Part shown: positions 26,672-38,780 of the stretch, one piece after another
Numbering within the stretch: the stretch's first letter is position 1
Layout of the letters: each line of letters begins with the position of its first letter
NCBI GenBank assembly: GCA_010405405.1
Contig: MU004236.1
Span: 1,184,070 to 1,248,069, forward strand
Direction of reading: 5' to 3'
From: Microthyrium microscopicum
Lineage: Eukaryota
DNA: 64,000 nucleotides
Notes under the pieces: model-generated
Seen by the model: the letters and a program-made list of their open reading frames with translations, nothing else
Told to the model about the DNA's origin: nothing
Database searches by the model: none
Made by a program: the position numbers and the translations under genes

Positions 26672-28210
26672 ATGAACGGCACAATTCATGCGTCTGAGGT
26701 TGCAGCCTTTGATGTCATTATCATTGGCGCCGGCATTTCAGGGATCAATTCCGCATATCGAGTGTCAACGAAGCTCCCCAAGGGCACTACATATGTCATA
26801 CTAGAGGCGCGCAATGCCGTCGGTGGCACCTGGGACTTCTTTCGATATCCTGGCATTCGATCAGATTCGGATCTTTATACATTCGGTTTTGCATGGCGGC
26901 CATGGAAGGGAAAGGCTATCGCAGAGGGACACTTGATTCGGGAATACTTGCAAGAGTCTATCAAAGAGACTGGGATAGATAAAAACATCAAGTTCAACCA
27001 CAAGGTTGTATCGGCGGACTGGTCTTCTGAAGATCTGCGCTGGACTCTAGATGTGCAAGTTGGCGAGAAGATGCTCCAATACCGTGGACAATTCATGATA
27101 CTTGGAACTGGATATTATGATTATGATGAACCACTTGAATCCTTCATTCCTGGTATTGAGAGTTTTAAAGGACAAGTTGTCCACCCACAATTTTTTCCAG
27201 AAGACTTGGACTACGCCAACAAGGAGGTCGCAATCATTGGATCTGGCGCAACGGCTGTCACAATTCTGCCTAATATGGCAGACAAGGCTAAGCAAGTCAC
27301 AATGGTTCAACGAAGCCCATCCTACATCTTTCCCCTGCCTAATAAGGACGACCCCTTAGTAAAATTCACACAATGGTTGCTTCCAGCACAGTGGGCCCAT
27401 ACACTCGCTCGGTGGCGGTGGATATTCACCAGCTATGCATTTTTCTACTTTTGCAGAACTTTCCCCAATGCTGCTCGCAAAATCATCCGCGCAGCAACTG
27501 AAAAGTCACTCAACAAAACATTCCCTCACGATCCACATTTCAAGCCCGTCTACAACCCATGGGAACAGCGATTCTGCATGGCTCCAGACGGTGACTTTTA
27601 CAAAGCTATCCGCAAAGGCAAAGCCAGTGTAGTGACCGGCACCATTAAGACCGTCACTGGTGACGGCATCACTATGGACTCTGGCGAAGAAGTCAAAGCC
27701 GACATTCTCATCACCGCCACCGGTCTCAAAATCAAGCTCGCTGGTGGTCTCAAACCAAGCATCGACGGCCAGCCCCTCGACATCCCAAGCAAATACATGT
27801 GGAAAGGAGTAATGCTGCAAGACTTGCCCAACGCTTGTTTCGTCATTGGATACACGAACGCTTCCTGGACACTAGGAGCTGATGCTACGGCGCAGCTATT
27901 TACTCGTCTGATCAACAAGATGCACCAGAAAGGTGCCGGCGCTGTGATACCACGCCTTCCCAACCCTGAAGCCATGAAGCCGACGCCCATGCTCAATCTC
28001 AACTCGACGTACATTGTTAAGGCAATGGATGCTATGCCGAAATCTGGCAGTGAAGGAAATTGGCGACCGCGTACGAACTACTTCCAGGATTACAAGGAAG
28101 CTAAATGGGGCGATATTGAATCTGGTATGGAGTTTGTGAAAGCTCGCAAGAGTATTGAAATAAATGGCGGGCCGAACAAGTATGGATATAGCGATTCACC
28201 TCGCATATAG
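26672..28210 (+). CDS. FAD-dependent Baeyer-Villiger-type monooxygenase (EthA-like), intronless
   Basis: GAGISG, GGTWDFFRYPGIRSDSD, FKGQVVHPQF, IGSGATAVT, GYTNASWTLGAD. Confidence 0.95.
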   Translation: MNGTIHASEVAAFDVIIIGAGISGINSAYRVSTKLPKGTTYVILEARNAVGGTWDFFRYPGIRSDSDLYTFGFAWRPWKGKAIAEGHLIREYLQESIKETGIDKNIKFNHKVVSADWSSEDLRWTLDVQVGEKMLQYRGQFMILGTGYYDYDEPLESFIPGIESFKGQVVHPQFFPEDLDYANKEVAIIGSGATAVTILPNMADKAKQVTMVQRSPSYIFPLPNKDDPLVKFTQWLLPAQWAHTLARWRWIFTSYAFFYFCRTFPNAARKIIRAATEKSLNKTFPHDPHFKPVYNPWEQRFCMAPDGDFYKAIRKGKASVVTGTIKTVTGDGITMDSGEEVKADILITATGLKIKLAGGLKPSIDGQPLDIPSKYMWKGVMLQDLPNACFVIGYTNASWTLGADATAQLFTRLINKMHQKGAGAVIPRLPNPEAMKPTPMLNLNSTYIVKAMDAMPKSGSEGNWRPRTNYFQDYKEAKWGDIESGMEFVKARKSIEINGGPNKYGYSDSPRI

Positions 28211-28664
28211 ATTGGCATTGTGGAGTTTGGTTGGGTAGGTGGACCGGTATATTTTAGACTGATCATTATGTACATATACATGTAGTGCTGTGTGAGAGTC
28301 CTTGCAGGTAGCATTAGGCAGAAGAGGCCATTTTTGCGATCCCTCAGAGTTCGTTGTGGCTGCTATAGAATAGACGCATATTTACGATATGAAGCCCAGG
28401 ACTTTTAGACTTTACTCAAAATCTTGGCAATGCGTTCGTTGCTTCATTCTAGAGTCCGTTTCGATAAAAACAAATTGAGAAATACATTTTCGGATATAAA
28501 AAGCCCCCAGTTGCGGTAGCGATCGACGCGTGGTGGCACACGACACGACAAGGCTGAGAAATATCCCAAGCTTTGGACGTCATAAGTCCCCCTATCAAGC
28601 AAATATCTCTCTCGGCTGCAAAAACCAAAAGCAGACTACATAGTGTTTCAAATACCTCATTATT

Positions 28665-31600
28665 CTGGAGGGTCGACAGCTCGCATCCGCAATAATAAGA
28701 CCCTGATCCGTCGCTCAATCAGGAATGGTGTTACACATAAATCGATGGTTCTTATGTAGCGCTAATAGATTCCATTAGCGCTATATAAGAGATTTTAGCT
28801 CTAATTCTTAATAACGCGTTACTAGAATGGTATTACTATAGAGTTTATATAAACGTTATATCTTAGCCTTATTAGTAATGAAATCCCTCAAGAATTAATC
28901 CATTTTAAGTATATTTTTAAAGCTACGAGTAGAACTAAGAATAGTTAAGACTCTTAAGAGAGCTATAGGTTATAGAATACGCCCTAATAAAGGGATATAA
29001 TCCTATAGTAGTAATTTAGCTATAGAAACTATTAGATCTAATATCTTTACATTCTATAACTTATATCTTTATATTCTAAAGCTTAACATCTTCTTTAAAG
29101 CCAAAATATCTTAATAATATAATTCTATACCTAGAATCTTAATTAAGAGTATGCTTAGCTCGTTTAAAGCGACCCTAATAGCGACCCTAATATCTTCCCT
29201 ACCCTTCTAGGCCCTCTAAGGCTCTACTATATAAAATACGCCTATTTAATACTCTAGTTACTAGCAGGCTATAGTGCCTATAGGGCTAGTAGCTTTACTA
29301 CGCTAGTATTTAAGCTAGGGCTAGGATAATCTAACTAAATTAGTTAGAATCTATATCTACAATAGGGAATTATATAGTAGTAGTACTAGTAATGCCCTAA
29401 GTAGTTAGAAGGGCGTATTTTAGAATAGTATTATTTAAGATTTTAAAGTAGCGTCTAGTAGTAGAGCACCCTCTAATTAGACTATAAAGACTACTCTAAA
29501 AGATAATATTTTACGCTAGCATAAAGAGAAGGATAAATATTATTTAGGAACGATTCTTAGATCTAACTTATATTAAGAAGCTCTAGATACATAGATTATT
29601 ATTAAAGACTAGTATAATTTAAGGGTACTAAGTAGAACTAAAGCTTAGGAACTAGTTAACGCCCATAGGCAAGAATAGGTTTAACGCCATAATATTATCG
29701 TAACAATATTTAGCGAGCGTTTTGGCCCTATAATCGAATTAGATAAGACTTCGCTATTACTAGTAGATATTGTTACTACTCCATATGTTCCTAGATCGCT
29801 ATCACAAGAATTCCTTAACTTTAATAGTACTAGTTTAGGTCCTCTACTACTATAGCGTACGCACGCTTAATCCCCTACCCCTAAGCCTCTAGTAGGTCCT
29901 AGCTTAGGCTTAAGAAGGGGTAGAAATACTTAAAATCCTACAGTAGAGTAAGTAAAGCGCTAAAAAACTTGCTCTTATATTAATAAAGCTACGATTACGA
30001 TAACTTGCTTTTTTATTAATACTAATAAGAACCTTAAAGAAGCAGATAAGCTAAAGAAGGCGTAGTATAAAGTAGATAGGATTTATAGTAGTAGTAGTAG
30101 TAATTATTTTAGTAAAGATATATTAGATGCAAGAGGTATTAAGTTAAGGGTATTTAGATTAGAAGAATAGACTACTTAGCTTTTAGAGCAATATTTAGAA
30201 ATAGTAAGGAAACTTAGTTATGATCCTATAAATAGGCCTAGATAGATATAATTCTAATGTTTTCTACAAATTTTAGTAGTTATTATAGACGTATTCTATT
30301 TATAGCTCTTTACGATATTTTCTAAAAGCTTTAAGGGTTAAATAAAATACTAACCCTAAATCTTTAATGTCTTTACCCCTTAATATTTATAAGTACCTAA
30401 TTATATCTTATCTTCTTTAATATCTTTAACAAAATAGATATCTTTTAAACTATAATAAATTAATAATTTTATCTAATTAAATATTCTAAAAGGATTTAAA
30501 TAATCCTTAATAGACATTAGCAACGTCCTAAAATAAGAATTTACTAAGTTCGTATAGTAATACGTTAGGTAGTTAGTTAATAAGAACAAGATACTTAAAT
30601 AATATATAATAAGTATTAAACTAACGCGTAGGCTTAGCCTAAAATTAGATATCCCTTTACGCTATAATCTCTTTAACTAAGCAAAAGATTGCTTAATAGA
30701 AACCCTCTTCTTTGCTATAATGTAGTTAAATCGTTACTTAATTAGATTTAATGGCTTATTAAATAGAACTATTATAATATTACTACCCTAGTATATAGTA
30801 TCTCTATATAACTATTATTTCTAATAGTATTAAAATAGCTAATAGAGTCTATCTTTAAGTCTAGACTTAAGTAATATTATTTTATTGTTAATAGCACTAG
30901 GATAACTAATATTAATAGAGAGGATTATACTATTAGGATAATAAATAGCTTAGCTTTTTATATAGTGTCTTCTTACATAACTACTATAAAAAGCTTACTA
31001 TTAGTCTTCTTTACCTTTAGGTTAATAGATATTTACTATAGTAGTATTAATAAAGCCTTAAAAGTAATTTCTATTACTACTATTCTTTATAATATCTATA
31101 TACTCTTGCATTTAATCTAGCGTTAAAAAAGGATAGAATTTTAAGAGCTTAGAGTAGCAACGATAAAGATAAAGAAGGGTATCGTTAAAGTAGTCCTTTA
31201 ACGTTATTAGGCTCTTATAAAACTATTGCGCTAAATTGAAATAAATATACGGTTAAGCTAAACGCATAAGTAGTAACGATATTAGGAATTTAGCTTTACG
31301 CAAAGGATTATATCGTTTTTTGAAGGGCATATTTTAAAGATCTATTAGTTAAGCTAATTGTCTAATTTCCTACTTTAAGAACCTATTATATACTAATTAG
31401 TACTATAGGCATTCTTTAATATAGATTTACTATACTAATATTGTAACACTATATTGCTATTGCTAAGTAGATCTAAATGCCATTCTTAGTATCTATATTT
31501 AATAGGTAATTAATATTCTTAATTAATGCGGTCCTAATTAATGGTATTAAGGAATTAAAACTATTACAAAGCTATACTAGCAGCTTTACTAGTAATCTAT

Positions 31601-31831
31601 TGTACGGCGTCCATTTTGGGTATCTTGGGCTTCAAATTTGATAATTTTTAGATAGTCAACGGCTAAGATCTGGCGGGATTAAGGTTCAAAAAGCCATAGG
31701 GGCAAAATTTGTATGTAATCCTTTATCCCTGTTTGATACCCCCTGATGGGACCGACTAATCTACCCCTTACCTCTTTTGGCTGTCGGATAGCGTTTATTA
31801 ATTATCAGGTTTTCAGCTGTCGACCCTCCAG
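28665..31831. mobile_element. RIP-degraded TIR DNA transposon, 3167 bp, superfamily unassigned
   Basis: Perfect 17-bp TIR CTGGAGGGTCGACAGCT at 28665-28681 and its reverse complement at 31815-31831; ATT on both flanks. Interior is AT-rich, TpA-enriched, CpA/TpG-depleted and has no ORFs. Confidence 0.88.
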
Positions 31832-32471
31832 ATTGTACAACAACTTTCGCATTTTCCAACCACAATCTATGCTCCATCGGGACATATCTCGTCGATTGTA
31901 GTCAAGGGAGCTGCCCATCCTCCAACCATGTGCCTTTCTCCACCAAACATCCCGCCCACCAAATCCATCGAATCGATCTTATTTGCCTACCCGTCGTAGC
32001 CTCACAAGGTGTACCAGAATACGGATACTCGCACCAGGATAGCTTTTGTTTGTGCCCGCTGACAACTGCGGATCGTTGCTGATCCCCGTTACATAGACGG
32101 CAAGTGCCTCGCCTATCAATTCTGGACTTGACCTCTGTGCTCCAACGACATCTCTTGCTCTGCACTCCTTTCCTACTACACATTTTATTTGACAGTCGAC
32201 CTTTTCTATTTCAAAACAAGGTGTCTTTCAAGCTGAGATTTGTCTCGGTCAGAGTTGGTACCCTTTCTGGGGTTACTGACGTATTGCGACTGTCCTTGTT
32301 TGGTAGAAAGCTAAATTGAAGCTCCAAGAGACCAAGCAATTACACAATTTACCAACTGCCCAAACAACTGGGCCCAAACAACTGGGCTGCAACTAAAATC
32401 AACAATTGAAGACTTCTTCTACAAATACTAGACAGCTCATCGCTTTCGAAAACTTTGTCAATTCATCAACG

Positions 32472-34165
32472 ATGGTCCTCCCGCAAGCTGTGGCCAAGGG
32501 TAATGGAGCCCCTATTCCAGAGAAGAAGCAGTTTGGTCCATGGACTGCCAGAGCTATGCGCCTATTTGAGATTATCTATGGCGTCATCGCGGTGTTGGTG
32601 TTCGAGTGGACGATGTGGACTGGAAAAAAGGAGTTTCGCAAAATGAATGCGAGGGATAAGAAGGATCTTGCTGCTGGTAAGGTTTTCTGTGCTATTTTGA
32701 CACAAAGGACTGCTAATTTTTAACTCAACTTTAGCACGAGAACGCTTGTGGGATTTGCAAAAACAACCGTTTGGGTTGACGCATAAGTTCTGTGAGCTTC
32801 GAGATGGCTACAAAATGCATTATATGCTGTCACAACCAGAAGGTGCAACTGCAGAAAAAGTCGGTCTTGTTATCTTTTTGCATGGCTATCCGGGTGAGTA
32901 GACCTGGCTCGTGAGAAGGATGGGGGCTAATGTTGCTATAGACAGCTGGCATATTTGGCATCCGCTACTCAAGAGAGCGAATCTGACAGGAGCTGCAACA
33001 CTTGTCGCTGTAGATCTGCCTGGATTTGGTGGATCAGATTCACTACCGACCTACGACGCCGATACTGTTCTTGAGGTCGTGTCTGAATTCATCATGACGA
33101 TGCGGGATACATACTTGTCTGAATCTCCTGGTCCCGTTGTCGTTGTTGGGCATGACTGGGGTGCTTTGATTGGCTTCAGGCTGGCTTCTGAAGCTTCGGT
33201 TCTGGCTGATCGCTTCATCTTGAGCAATTCGTTCTTTGTAAGTTCGTATCCATTGATCCATAGCTCAACTAATAATCTCCCAGCCACTGCTTGCTCGCGC
33301 GAATATCGAAAGCTCCCTCAAATCAGTCGCCCAAATGTTCAAGACCTGGATCCACCACCCAACAAATCTCCGTCTCCTCCGACAAATCTACCCAAACCTC
33401 AAGCCAGTCCTCCGCCAACTCTCCAAAAGCGCCTACGTCTTTGCCTTCAAACTCCCCTGGCCATTCAACCTCATCCTCGGACGCATGGGCAACTTCTGGT
33501 TCTACCGCCTCTGCAACGCTCTAGCCTATCAAAGCCGCGAGCCCGTCACTGGTGCCGCCGGCTGGGACATGCTCGCCAGCTGCCTCGGACCCAGCGACAT
33601 CGAATATCTCAGCACCTCCAAATCTGCCCATGCCGAAAAGCGAGGCAGCGCACTAGTCGAAGACGAAACTTATCCACACAGCATCAAACACCGCACCACA
33701 ACCGGCGGCTGGGCCACAAAAATTTGCTACTACCATGACGGTCTGCCAACTGGTATCTGGACGAAAAGCCTGCAGACGCTCTGGGAACTGAACCAGCTTG
33801 AACAAGCATCCAGCTCCTTCTCCTCTGCCTCTAGCAGTGGCAGCACACGAAGACGATCTGGAAGCCGAGTTGGCATCTTTGACATTGGACCACCGGGTAC
33901 GCTTGCTGCAGCTACGACGGTGCTGTGGGGTCAGAAGGACGCTGCGTGCGATTATGCGGTGGCTATTGAAGGGATTGGTGATTACTTTGGGGTACATGAT
34001 AGCCATCTGATCCATTTGCCGAATGCGGGTCATTGGACTACGATGGATCCGCAGGCTGTGGATGTCTGGGAGTTGGTTATTCATTGGGCGGTCAAGGGTG
34101 AGGGGGACAAGATGATGGAGTTGCTGGAGGGGTATCCGGCTGCCAAACTTGTGTTTTCGTCCTGA
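32472..34165 (+). CDS. Alpha/beta hydrolase, epoxide-hydrolase-like, multi-exon
   Basis: IFLHGYP/DSW, VAVDLPGFGGSD, nucleophile motif VGHDWG, LWGQKD, catalytic His in AGHW. Confidence 0.9.
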
Positions 34166-35156
34166 GGGTTTGAATGTTTGGGTTTGTGGGGCGGGAAGGT
34201 GTTTTGATTGGGATGAATGATATGACATGATGGACAACTCGTTTGATAGGAACGTCGAGTTTTTGGGACTGTTCGAATTTGTATATTGTATGATGTATGA
34301 TGATAATTGTAAATTACATTGGAACAAGAGGCAATTGAAGAGCTTGAGATAATTACACGGGTTGTTTGATGAGGATTCTATTGGATGGTGAAAACCACAA
34401 GTCAGTAAGATCGTGAGTTGAAAACGGCAAGCACGATGGAATAGCGTATGCACGTGTATTTTGAAGCAAGACTTTTTTCCAGACTGAGCTTGGTTCATTT
34501 CTTACTTTCACTTCTACCTTCACATCTTCATACACCACCAGATCGAACCCATAAATGGTACCTAAGAAATACGTGTAAGAGCTTGGAAAGGAACCAGAAA
34601 AAAAGAAAAGATATCAAAACGCGTTGAAACAAGGATCCCACGTTGTCACACAACCGCGCAACCGTTGTCTAGCGCACAATTATCGCGATTTGGTGGCGTC
34701 AAACTTACCAGAGCCACAAACTGCTGAAAGCCAAAGCCCAGAGCAGCAAAGTTCAAACCAAACCTGCCGCCAGCAAAACGTCAACCTCGTGTCTCTTCAA
34801 AGACCTCTTTTTGCCGAATCCCCTCCTCCTCACCAGACACCATCAACACCACAAGACTATCTCCAATATCAACTAGATTGCGGGGTAAGGTCACAGGTGA
34901 AGATTGGACAATTCGAGTTTGGCTGCTTGGACCATCAGAGCTTGTTGCACAACCAGCGGGGCCTAGACTGGGGTGCATGCAGATTGTCCATTGATTGCTG
35001 CATCACGCTGCAGCCCCGAGAGCTATCAACCTCGTCATTTTTCCACGCTGATCCTTGACTGCATTTGATCAACAACTTCTCCGCTCTGAAAGTGCGGTCA
35101 TCATCCTCCTATCTCTCAATCTCTCAACCTCATCTTTGAAGAGAAGAACCGCCAAA

Positions 35157-37847
35157 ATGGGCTCTACGGGCCGTCATTGCTACATGACGCTCGTCATGAG
35201 CGATTCCTATCTACCTGGAGCTATGGTACTCGGTCATTCCTTGAAAGACGCGGGTGCTACGAAGGATTTGGTCGCCTTGGTCACTCTCGAAACGCTGTCG
35301 ATTGATACTCTTGACGAGCTCAAGGTTCGTGTTGCAATTTCTGCTACATTCAAGGACTAACAAATCCGTCTAGACGCTCTACGAAATAGTACCTGTCGCC
35401 AGGATACCTAATACACGGCCCGCTAATCTCTACCTCATGGGCAGACCCGATCTGCTATATGCCTTTACAAAAATCGGTCTTTGGCGGCAAACCCAGTATT
35501 CCAAGATTGTCTACATGGACGCTGACATGGTGGCTCTTCGAAATCTAGACGATCTGTTCTATATTGATGCTGGGTTCGCTGCTGCACCCGATGTCGGATG
35601 GCCGGATGCTTTCAATTCCGGCTTGATGGTCCTCACTCCTTCCATGGGCGACTACTGGGCCCTACAATCTTTGGCATCGTCCGGAGACAGCTTTGATGGA
35701 GCTGATCAGGGATTGCTGAATCAGTATTACGAGCACAAGCCGTGGCATCGTTTGAGCTTCACGTACAATTGCACACCAAATGCGGAGTATCAATGGGAAC
35801 CAGCATACAGATACCACAAAAGCAATATCAAAGCGGTTCATTTCATTGGCAGAGATAAGCCGTGGTTTGTTGGCAGACAAGGGAAAGGTGGCAAAGGAAC
35901 TTATGGAGAGTTGATAGGAAAATGGTGGTCGGTTTATGATAAGCATTACAGAAAGGTGAGTGTTCTTGAAATAGAAACATGGATAAGATTGACAGATATA
36001 GGCACCGACTTACGTTCCCGGAAAGTCATATACTCGTTCTACAGCAGTCCAGGAGCGTGTATTTGGCGAACATGTTGATATGTACTATGGTGTTCCAGAG
36101 AATGAGAGGCTTCCTCCTCCTTCCTCCACAGATGTTGCTCCTGCAATTGCGGTCCATCAGCCACAGCAAGAAGAAAAGCAGCAACCGCCGCCAGTTGTTC
36201 CCCAACTGGTCCTCGAACAGCCAACTCCAAGTCCTGACCCGGAACCTCAGTATCAACAAGAACACCATCAACCTCCACCCCCATTTCAACCACCAGAGAT
36301 GGAATGGGATGCCACAAGGTAACTATAACACATAACATCAGGGTAGACTACTAATTCAATTCAGATCCGCTCCACCATCGAAGTCTAGACCCGAAGCTGA
36401 ATATTTCCCGACAGCTCATTATACATTTGAAGACCAGAAACGTACTTTCAAAGCTCCTCGACAGTATCCTCAGCCTCCTCCAGGTATGTGGTATGAAACA
36501 CCTACATCGAGAGCACCACAAGAAGAACCACCAAAGGCAATATTTCCGTGGGAAACCAAGCCAAACCGTCCCACAACAACGAGAGTTTTCGCGGAGGATT
36601 ATCCACCCAGCCCTCAACAAGAGATAGCCTCACCGCAGAATACAACCTGGGAAGAAAGCTCAGGAGGTATGGAGCGATATATTCGAAACATCATGTCTGC
36701 ACAGCACCCGCAGCCAAAGAAGAAGCATCTAGCAGGAGAAGAATCACCACCGGAGCGAAGAGAGTCATTGGTCATATCCGGATTTCCGGCGTTGGACGAT
36801 CGACCTAGTCTCCCGGTCACACCGGCACCTATGATGTCGAGTCACTTCTGGGGTGATGATGAGGAGTCTGCAGTTCCACCGGAAGTTCTTGCTGAGCAAA
36901 CTGAATGGGTATGTCCAAGTTGTGGATTTTCTGACAATTATCGCGCGTTTTTGCCTTCGCATTTGCACTCTGAAGCTCCCAAACCACATTCCCATGCATC
37001 CCCTGATGTCGTTGCTGCGGAATACCAGCCCAATGATATTCTTTCACCAGCTGCTGAACCTGCTGAGCCTGCTCGGCCTGATACCTTGCACCGAAGTAGC
37101 TCTTCGGCGATATCTGGGTTTTCTGATACGAGTACTGTTGTTGCACCGCTGCCGCCACACTTGAGGCCTATAGAAAAGCCAGAAGTGGTGGTCAAACCAT
37201 CCTTGCAGCGTGATCTGGAAGCAGAGCTCGAAGGGGTATCAGCAATGCAGCCAAAATCAGAGCCAGCATCAGCATCAGGGGCAAAGCTGGAGCCAGAGTC
37301 CAAGTCAGAGCCAAAGCCAGAGCCAAAGCCTGAACCGAAGCAAGAGCTCCCAGCAGAGCCAAAGCCAGAAAATCCAGAACCATTACCTCCACCAGCATGG
37401 TTAACAGCGCCACTGTAGACTGAATTTGCCATTTATGCGTCGCGCTATCAAGAGTTCATGCTAATAACATATGGTCAAAAGAATCCCGAACTCAAGCTTG
37501 AAGAGCTTCGCCGAAACTCGCTCGTCGAGGTCAATCATCTGGTCAAGCCGACGACTCTCAAGTCGCCATCGCCCCTTAGGACGGAGACATCTCCAACCTC
37601 CGCCAAAGGCCCAGCGCTCACAGAGACATCAACCGAAAAGGAAGGAAGCAGTCTAGTAGCAACCCTCGAAAGCGCTGCTGAACGCCAAAGCTCCCCACCA
37701 GCCACCACGGAGCACGCGAATCCCAAAGTTTCCTTCTCTGACCCAAAATACGTCACTTCCCCGACCAGCGACGGCTCACAAAAGAGTCCAGGAAGTTTCT
37801 CATCGGAGAATCTACACGACTCCGCAATCAGTCCAACGGAGCGCTAA
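35157..37847 (+). CDS. GLG1: Glycogenin (GT8) with a long Pro-rich C-terminus; alternative stop at 37418 if the last intron is retained
   Basis: YMTLVMSDSYLPGAMVLGHSL, FTKIGLWRQTQYSKIVYMDAD, AAAPDVGWPDAFNSG, SFDGADQGLLN, VHFIGRDKPW, and the later WDA and IFPWE motifs. Confidence 0.95.
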
Positions 37848-37848
37848 A

Positions 37849-37870
37849 CCACACCACACCACACCACACA
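37849..37870. repeat. (CCACA)n pentanucleotide microsatellite just after the glycogenin stop
   Basis: ccacaccacaccacaccacaca. Confidence 0.7.
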
Positions 37871-38382
37871 ACACAGTCACCAACAAACCAGAAACACAAG
37901 CTCTATCCACTAATCTGCTGTCCACTTCTAGAGCCAAACACCATACTCTTTTCATTCTGTCTATATTTCCACATGCTTTGCATGCTTTGCTGTATCCTCC
38001 ATCCAAATTGTATCATAGGCGCTTTGTGCGTCCCTAATGTTCTACTAGAAAGCAACATATACCTTTGCATTTTTCATGTTGATTTTTTATTCTCTATTAA
38101 ACTCTGTTTGGGTGGGATGGGGGATTAGCGGTGGTTTGTTAATGGGTTTATTTGATGTTATGATTTCAGCATGGAGTATTGGGGGTCTTTGAGTTTTAGA
38201 AGAATATAATTTGTGATTGATTCCTTCGAATATGTTTCGAGGTTCTGTCTATGTGAGACTATTGATTGAATGTGATGTAAGTACGGAAGCTTTATCTACG
38301 TATCCTGTCTCTCGGTTTCAGGTGTTGGTTTCCTTTGATGTGGAAGGGTATGTATGCCACAATGCGCTTCCGTGCCGTCGTA

Positions 38383-38602
38383 CACCCACTTTCGTAACGT
38401 CACCCATCACTCTCCCCCAATACATGTCTTTTGGATAATTCGACCTGTCAATGGCGTTATAATTTATATTTTGCCGGTGAGGTCCGGGACCAAAAAAGAG
38501 CTAGCAATATTCGTCCCCCTGGTTGGCTGATCCCTTCTGAAAGGTCCATAAAAAGCACGAAGGGGGAGGGAGTTGGGTGTATTGACAATTCGTAAGTGGG
38601 TG
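38383..38602. mobile_element. Putative MITE (Tc1/mariner-type), 220 bp
   Basis: TA|CACCCACTTTCG...CGTAAGTGGGTG|TA. Degenerate inverted similarity extends about 40 bp (CACCCA..CTCCCCC vs GGGGGAG..TGGGTG); no ORF. Confidence 0.6.
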
Positions 38603-38780
38603 TAGTAAGTTGAGCCTAACACAGGTGATAAATACCTCTTTTGGCAAAAGCAGTAGTTAAGTCTTCAGTTGTTCATCTGCCCATCATACTTGTATGGTGA
38701 GGCGAAGGACCAAATGCATGCTCTCCTTTCGTGTGCTAGCTAGACTTTGGTTGATTTTCTAGGTCTATGAACACATACTG

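Noticed and set aside
32359..32386. 14-bp tandem duplication CCCAAACAACTGGG x2
   Set aside because: Isolated slippage-type duplication in a 5' region, with nothing further to support a function.
15717..34165. Secondary-metabolite cluster (MFS pump, BVMO, hydrolase)
   Set aside because: No PKS, NRPS, terpene synthase or cluster transcription factor, and housekeeping genes (SFR1, END3) are interspersed.
33653..34498. 281-aa antisense ORF and similar shadow ORFs (e.g. 48280-48936, 63093-63680, 49283-49888)
   Set aside because: They overlap well-supported genes in other frames or lie in promoter regions, and they show no recognisable motifs.
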